Shown: positions 59,005 through 64,000 of the stretch, in pieces
How positions within the stretch are numbered: position 1 is the first letter of the stretch
How the letters are laid out: every line of letters begins with the position of its first letter
Source of the DNA: Minisyncoccota bacterium
Lineage (GTDB): Bacteria > Patescibacteriota > Minisyncoccia > Phycocordibacterales > PALSA-1337
Direction of reading: 5' to 3'
Length of the DNA: 64,000 nt
Assembly (NCBI GenBank): GCA_041665325.1
Contig: JBAYJB010000001.1
Span: forward strand, 233,286 to 297,285
Position numbers and translations under genes: made by a program
The notes under the pieces: model-generated
Database searches by the model: none
The model's input: only the letters and a program-made list of their open reading frames with translations
Told to the model about the DNA's origin: nothing

Positions 59005-59706
59005 TTATTTCTTTTCGGCTGGTTTGGCTGGGGCGCCCTTGGCGGCGGCCGGGGTACCGGCAGCAGCCGCATCGCCCGTTTCGCCTTCCTTGGCTTCCTT
59101 GCCCTTGGCCTCTACCTCGATAGCTGACATGTCGATGGCCGTAGGTGCTTCGACAACCTCTTCCTTGGCTTCGGTGATCGAGGCTACGACCTCGTCCGGG
59201 TTGATCTTGAATTCGACTCCAGCCGGTGCCTTGACATCCTTGACGTGAATGACGTCGGTGAGTTCGACAAGCTTGGAGATATCGACGATGAGCTCACGAG
59301 GCAAGTCCTTCGGAGCGGCTTCAACCTCGATCTCGCGAAGCACCTTGACCAGGATGCCGCCCTTGTCCTTGACGGCCGGAGCGACCCCGGTGAAGACCAG
59401 GGTGACTCCCACCTTGACCTTCTTGCCCTTCTCGATGACATAGAAATCAGCGTGGCGCGGCTCGCCCGAGAGCGGGTGGACATCTACCTCGTGGATCAGA
59501 GCTTCATGCTCATTGGTGCCATCCTTCAAGACCAGGACAGACGACTCACCGGCCTGCTTCCAGGCCTTCTTGAAAGCGGTCAGCGGTACCATGATAGGCG
59601 TAGAAGCTTCTTTGGGGCCATAATACACAGCCGGCATCTTGCCCGCTTCGCGGATCTTGGCCAACTGGACCTTGGCATCTCGTTTTTCGATGGCTAAAGA
59701 CAACAT
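59005..59706 (-). CDS. rplY: 50S ribosomal protein L25/general stress protein Ctc
   Basis: L25 N-terminal domain (LSLAIEKRDAKVQLAKIREAGKMPAVYYG), Ctc-type beta-barrel and an Ala/Lys/Glu-rich C-terminal tail. Confidence 0.75.
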   Translation of the reverse strand: MLSLAIEKRDAKVQLAKIREAGKMPAVYYGPKEASTPIMVPLTAFKKAWKQAGESSVLVLKDGTNEHEALIHEVDVHPLSGEPRHADFYVIEKGKKVKVGVTLVFTGVAPAVKDKGGILVKVLREIEVEAAPKDLPRELIVDISKLVELTDVIHVKDVKAPAGVEFKINPDEVVASITEAKEEVVEAPTAIDMSAIEVEAKGKEAKEGETGDAAAAGTPAAAKGAPAKPAEKK

Positions 59707-59767
59707 AGAAGATACAGTATACACGCTTTTGTAGCGCTGTAAAGACTGTTATCGGTTCGCTTATGCG

Positions 59768-60256
59768 CTAGTTGCAGGAAGCGTATAAAGTGGTCGAAGT
59801 CGCCAAACTAGACTTGCCTGTCGAATCCATACAGAAATATTTCGTCGTATCACTGATCAGACGCCCGAAAACAGCATATGCCACGGCGTTGGGAGTCGTG
59901 GCATTCCCCGTCGTCGTGTTCGTATTGACCCTATATGTGAGCACGCTGCTTTGACCGGTGATATCAGCTTCCAAGGCCGTCAGGTTGGCATTGCTCGGAC
60001 CGTTGCTTGTCCGTGTGCCGAGAGCATTGTTGGTGGCGGCGCCGCCGTTGGCGAAAAATAGATCGCGATAGACGGGGTTGGTGAAACCAAAATGCAAGGC
60101 AATGCGTATCTGCTGGACGGCCGAAACGACCCTGGTATCCTTGGCCTTGTTCCTGCCGGAATTGGTGCCAGCCAAGACGACCGAAGCTAGAATGCCGATG
60201 ATGGAGATGACGACCAGAAGCTCAATAAGGGTAAAACCTCGTATGTTCTTTTTCAT
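59768..60256 (-). CDS. type IV pilin (prepilin-type N-terminal cleavage/methylation domain)
   Basis: MKKNIRG|FTLIELLVVISIIGILA class III signal, 162 aa, C-terminal Cys pair (CMDSTGKSS...YASCN). Confidence 0.7.
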   Translation of the reverse strand: MKKNIRGFTLIELLVVISIIGILASVVLAGTNSGRNKAKDTRVVSAVQQIRIALHFGFTNPVYRDLFFANGGAATNNALGTRTSNGPSNANLTALEADITGQSSVLTYRVNTNTTTGNATTPNAVAYAVFGRLISDTTKYFCMDSTGKSSLATSTTLYASCN

Positions 60257-60489
60257 ATGAATTTTTTAATCAAAATATAAGCAATGATTAGATTGATGAT
60301 AATGAAGACAATCATGATCGTCTGTGCAGATCCGGCGGATTTAGCCAGACCGTGCTTCATGAGCCAATTGGTCATCTTTGACTCGCTTCGGGCAGAGGAA
60401 TAGGCCCTATTGGCAGCACCAAACTTGTCCTCGTCAAATTCAACTCCTGATGCCATATTCTTATTGAAGATTACCCTCTTATAAAACAA
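60253..60489 (-). CDS. small membrane protein (hypothetical)
   Basis: 78 aa with a C-terminal TM helix, translationally coupled upstream of the pilin gene (4-nt overlap). Confidence 0.3.
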   Translation of the reverse strand: MFYKRVIFNKNMASGVEFDEDKFGAANRAYSSARSESKMTNWLMKHGLAKSAGSAQTIMIVFIIINLIIAYILIKKFI

Positions 60490-60519
60490 CCGTGAGCCAC
60501 AATATTGCTGTCTATTATA

Positions 60520-61383
60520 CTACAAACCGTTGATGATCCTCAACTTCTCTTCTACGACCTTTTGCATGGCCAATTTGGCCGGTTTGAGGTATTTGTACGG
60601 CGCTACCTCGTCGGGACTCTCCGAGAGAGATTTGACTAGGCCGGCGCGATAAGCCAGACGCAATTCGGTATTGACATGGACGATCGCCACGCCATTCTTG
60701 ACTGTCTGGGCGATATCATCAGCCGAGTTCCCCGAAGCGCCGTGCAAGACTAGCGGCAGACCGGTGGCCTCGCTGATCTCCTTGACGCGCCGGATATTCA
60801 GGGCCGGATCGCCGCCGCGGACGACACCGTGGATATTGCCGACTGCCGGGGCCAGGAGATCGACTCCGGTCTCCTTCACGAACCGCAGAGCGATATCCGG
60901 TTTGGTCATCATCTCTTCCCCGATGACGGCACCGGCAGGGATAGCATCCAGGACCTTCGAAGAAGTGCCGATGAAGCCGAGCTCGCCCTCGATCAATACA
61001 TCGCGACCACACTGTCGGGCGTAAGCGACGCACTGCTTGGCGATCTTGATATTCTCCTCCAGGGACAGCTGTGCCCCGTCGAAGATGGCCGCATCGAAGC
61101 CGTTGTCGATGGCCTCTTTGACCCGATCGAATGAATAGGTGTGATCGGCATTGAGGAATATCGGCTGATTGCGGCCCTCGCGCAAACTCCGGACGATGGC
61201 GGCGACTTGGGGGACACCGAGATAATCCCTTTCTCCCTCGGAAGCGCCGATCAGGACAGGCACACCGAGCGATTTGGCGGCATCAGCCACAGCGAAGGCC
61301 CCGTCGAGGGTCGAGATATTGAAATGGCCGATGGCTACACCCTTCTGCCTCGCTTCGGCTATGTATTCACGCAAAGTCAGCAT
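60520..61383 (-). CDS. fba: fructose-bisphosphate aldolase, class II
   Basis: Class II FBA/tagatose-bisphosphate aldolase fold (GVAIGHFNISTLDG...LHGASGNSADDI). The start was taken at MLTLREYIAEARQ. The track ORF extends to 61437. Confidence 0.8.
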   Translation of the reverse strand: MLTLREYIAEARQKGVAIGHFNISTLDGAFAVADAAKSLGVPVLIGASEGERDYLGVPQVAAIVRSLREGRNQPIFLNADHTYSFDRVKEAIDNGFDAAIFDGAQLSLEENIKIAKQCVAYARQCGRDVLIEGELGFIGTSSKVLDAIPAGAVIGEEMMTKPDIALRFVKETGVDLLAPAVGNIHGVVRGGDPALNIRRVKEISEATGLPLVLHGASGNSADDIAQTVKNGVAIVHVNTELRLAYRAGLVKSLSESPDEVAPYKYLKPAKLAMQKVVEEKLRIINGL

Positions 61384-61439
61384 ATTGTCCATACATTGTA
61401 GCATGCACGACCAAACCCAGGATGATATACTGTGCATAT

Positions 61440-62435
61440 ATGTTGAGGAAGAAAATCGATGTCTTGGCGGTAGGCGACTTGACCACTGACGCCTTCATTC
61501 GTCTCAAGGACGCGGCTGTCCACTGTAAGATCAAGGAAGAAGACTGTGAACTCTGCGTACGCTTCGGTGACAAGGTCCCTTTTGAATATGTGAAGGTCGT
61601 GAAGGCCGTCGGCAACGCGGCCAATGCAGCTGTGTCCGCTTCCCGGCTAGGACTGCGGGCGGCGCTCGTGGCGAATATCGGCAATGACCAGAATGGCAAG
61701 GAATGTCTGACCGAGCTCCAGAGGAACAAGGTAGTGACTTCGATGATCAAGGTCCACAAGAACAAGCCGACGAACTACCATTTCGTCTTGTGGTACGAGG
61801 CCGACCGCACAATCCTCGTCAACCATACGGAGTATGACTATGTCTGGCCCAAGATGGACCCCCCGAAATGGATATATCTGACATCGCTCGGCGGCAACAC
61901 CTTCCCCTATCACATGGCGATCGCTGACTACCTGGAGGCCAACCCGAGCGTCAAACTAGCCTTCCAGCCGGGTACTTTCCAGATGAAACTTGGCTTTGAA
62001 GAGCTCAAGAGGATATACGCGCGGACGGATGTCTTTGTCGTGAATGTAGAGGAGGCTCAGCGCATGTTGAAGACTGACTCACGCGATGTGAAGACACTCA
62101 TGAAGAGCTTCATGGAGCTTGGGCCGAAGCTCGTGATCATCACCGACAATACGAACGGCGCCTACATGTACGACGGAGAGCACTACTATCATGTGCCGAT
62201 GTATCCTGATCCGAGGCCGGCTTTCGACCGGACCGGCTGTGGCGATGCCTTCGCTTCTACTTTTGTGTCAGCGCTGTCGCTCGGCAAGACGCCGCTCGAA
62301 GCTCTGATGTGGGCCCCGATCAATCCGATGTCCGTAGCACAATTCGTCGGCGCCCAAGAAGGCCTGCTCTCGCTTGAACAGCTCGAATGGTGGCTCACCC
62401 GCGCGCCGGCGGAATTCAAGCCGAAGGAAATCTAA
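61440..62435 (+). CDS. PfkB-family carbohydrate/nucleoside kinase (ribokinase-like)
   Basis: PfkB signature 2 DRTGCGDAFASTF and an N-terminal Gly-rich motif (VLAVGDLTTD). The start is at MLRKKIDVL. Confidence 0.7.
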   Translation: MLRKKIDVLAVGDLTTDAFIRLKDAAVHCKIKEEDCELCVRFGDKVPFEYVKVVKAVGNAANAAVSASRLGLRAALVANIGNDQNGKECLTELQRNKVVTSMIKVHKNKPTNYHFVLWYEADRTILVNHTEYDYVWPKMDPPKWIYLTSLGGNTFPYHMAIADYLEANPSVKLAFQPGTFQMKLGFEELKRIYARTDVFVVNVEEAQRMLKTDSRDVKTLMKSFMELGPKLVIITDNTNGAYMYDGEHYYHVPMYPDPRPAFDRTGCGDAFASTFVSALSLGKTPLEALMWAPINPMSVAQFVGAQEGLLSLEQLEWWLTRAPAEFKPKEI

Positions 62436-62443
62436 AAGTAAAA

Positions 62444-64000
<1,557 letters not shown>

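Overview
This 64-kb window comes from a compact, gene-dense bacterial genome (roughly mid-50s % GC by eye) that looks most like a CPR/Patescibacteria-type organism. Signs of this are a short DnaE (1074 aa), a ThrRS lacking the N-terminal editing/TGS region, two type IV pilins, a sortase with an LPNTG substrate, many signal-peptide or membrane-anchored hypothetical proteins, and no biosynthetic genes. Housekeeping content includes fmt, hpf, RNase R, rnhB, dnaE, thrS, prfA, rpmE, lepA, murJ, class II RNR nrdJ, groES/groEL, secG, an OppA-like SBP, RNase J, rplY, fba, a PfkB kinase, tgt and a partial LOG-family gene. It also has six tRNAs (Asn-GTT, Leu-TAA, Phe-GAA, Arg-CCT, Gly-CCC, Ser-GGA), an RNase P RNA gene on the minus strand at 33.4-33.7 kb that is absent from the ORF track, and a candidate Thr T-box leader in front of thrS.

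Accessory and unusual content:
- A minus-strand operon (38.1-42.8 kb) encodes a 919-aa VirB4/HerA-like (DUF87) P-loop ATPase, a 480-aa protein with an HD-like His/Asp motif and an acidic 114-aa protein. An alpha/beta hydrolase sits divergent to it and a Cas4-like/DUF2779 nuclease convergent. This is my best candidate for an undescribed DNA-processing, defence or secretion-type system.
- Two different homing-endonuclease-like ORFs (HNH and LAGLIDADG-like) each run into the 5' end of an intact tRNA gene.
- A 20-bp perfect direct repeat duplicates the 3' end of tRNA-Gly only 148 bp away, an att-like scar.
- A secreted protein carries a phage tail-fibre intramolecular-chaperone (S74-like) C-terminus. 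It sits next to a Cys-rich tandem-repeat protein and a DsbA.
- A sortase, an LPNTG-anchored DUF3494 (ice-binding-like) protein and a pilin-LamG fusion form one locus.
- There is a PEP-CTERM protein with no exosortase in the window.

No CRISPR array, reverse transcriptase, integrase or transposase was seen.
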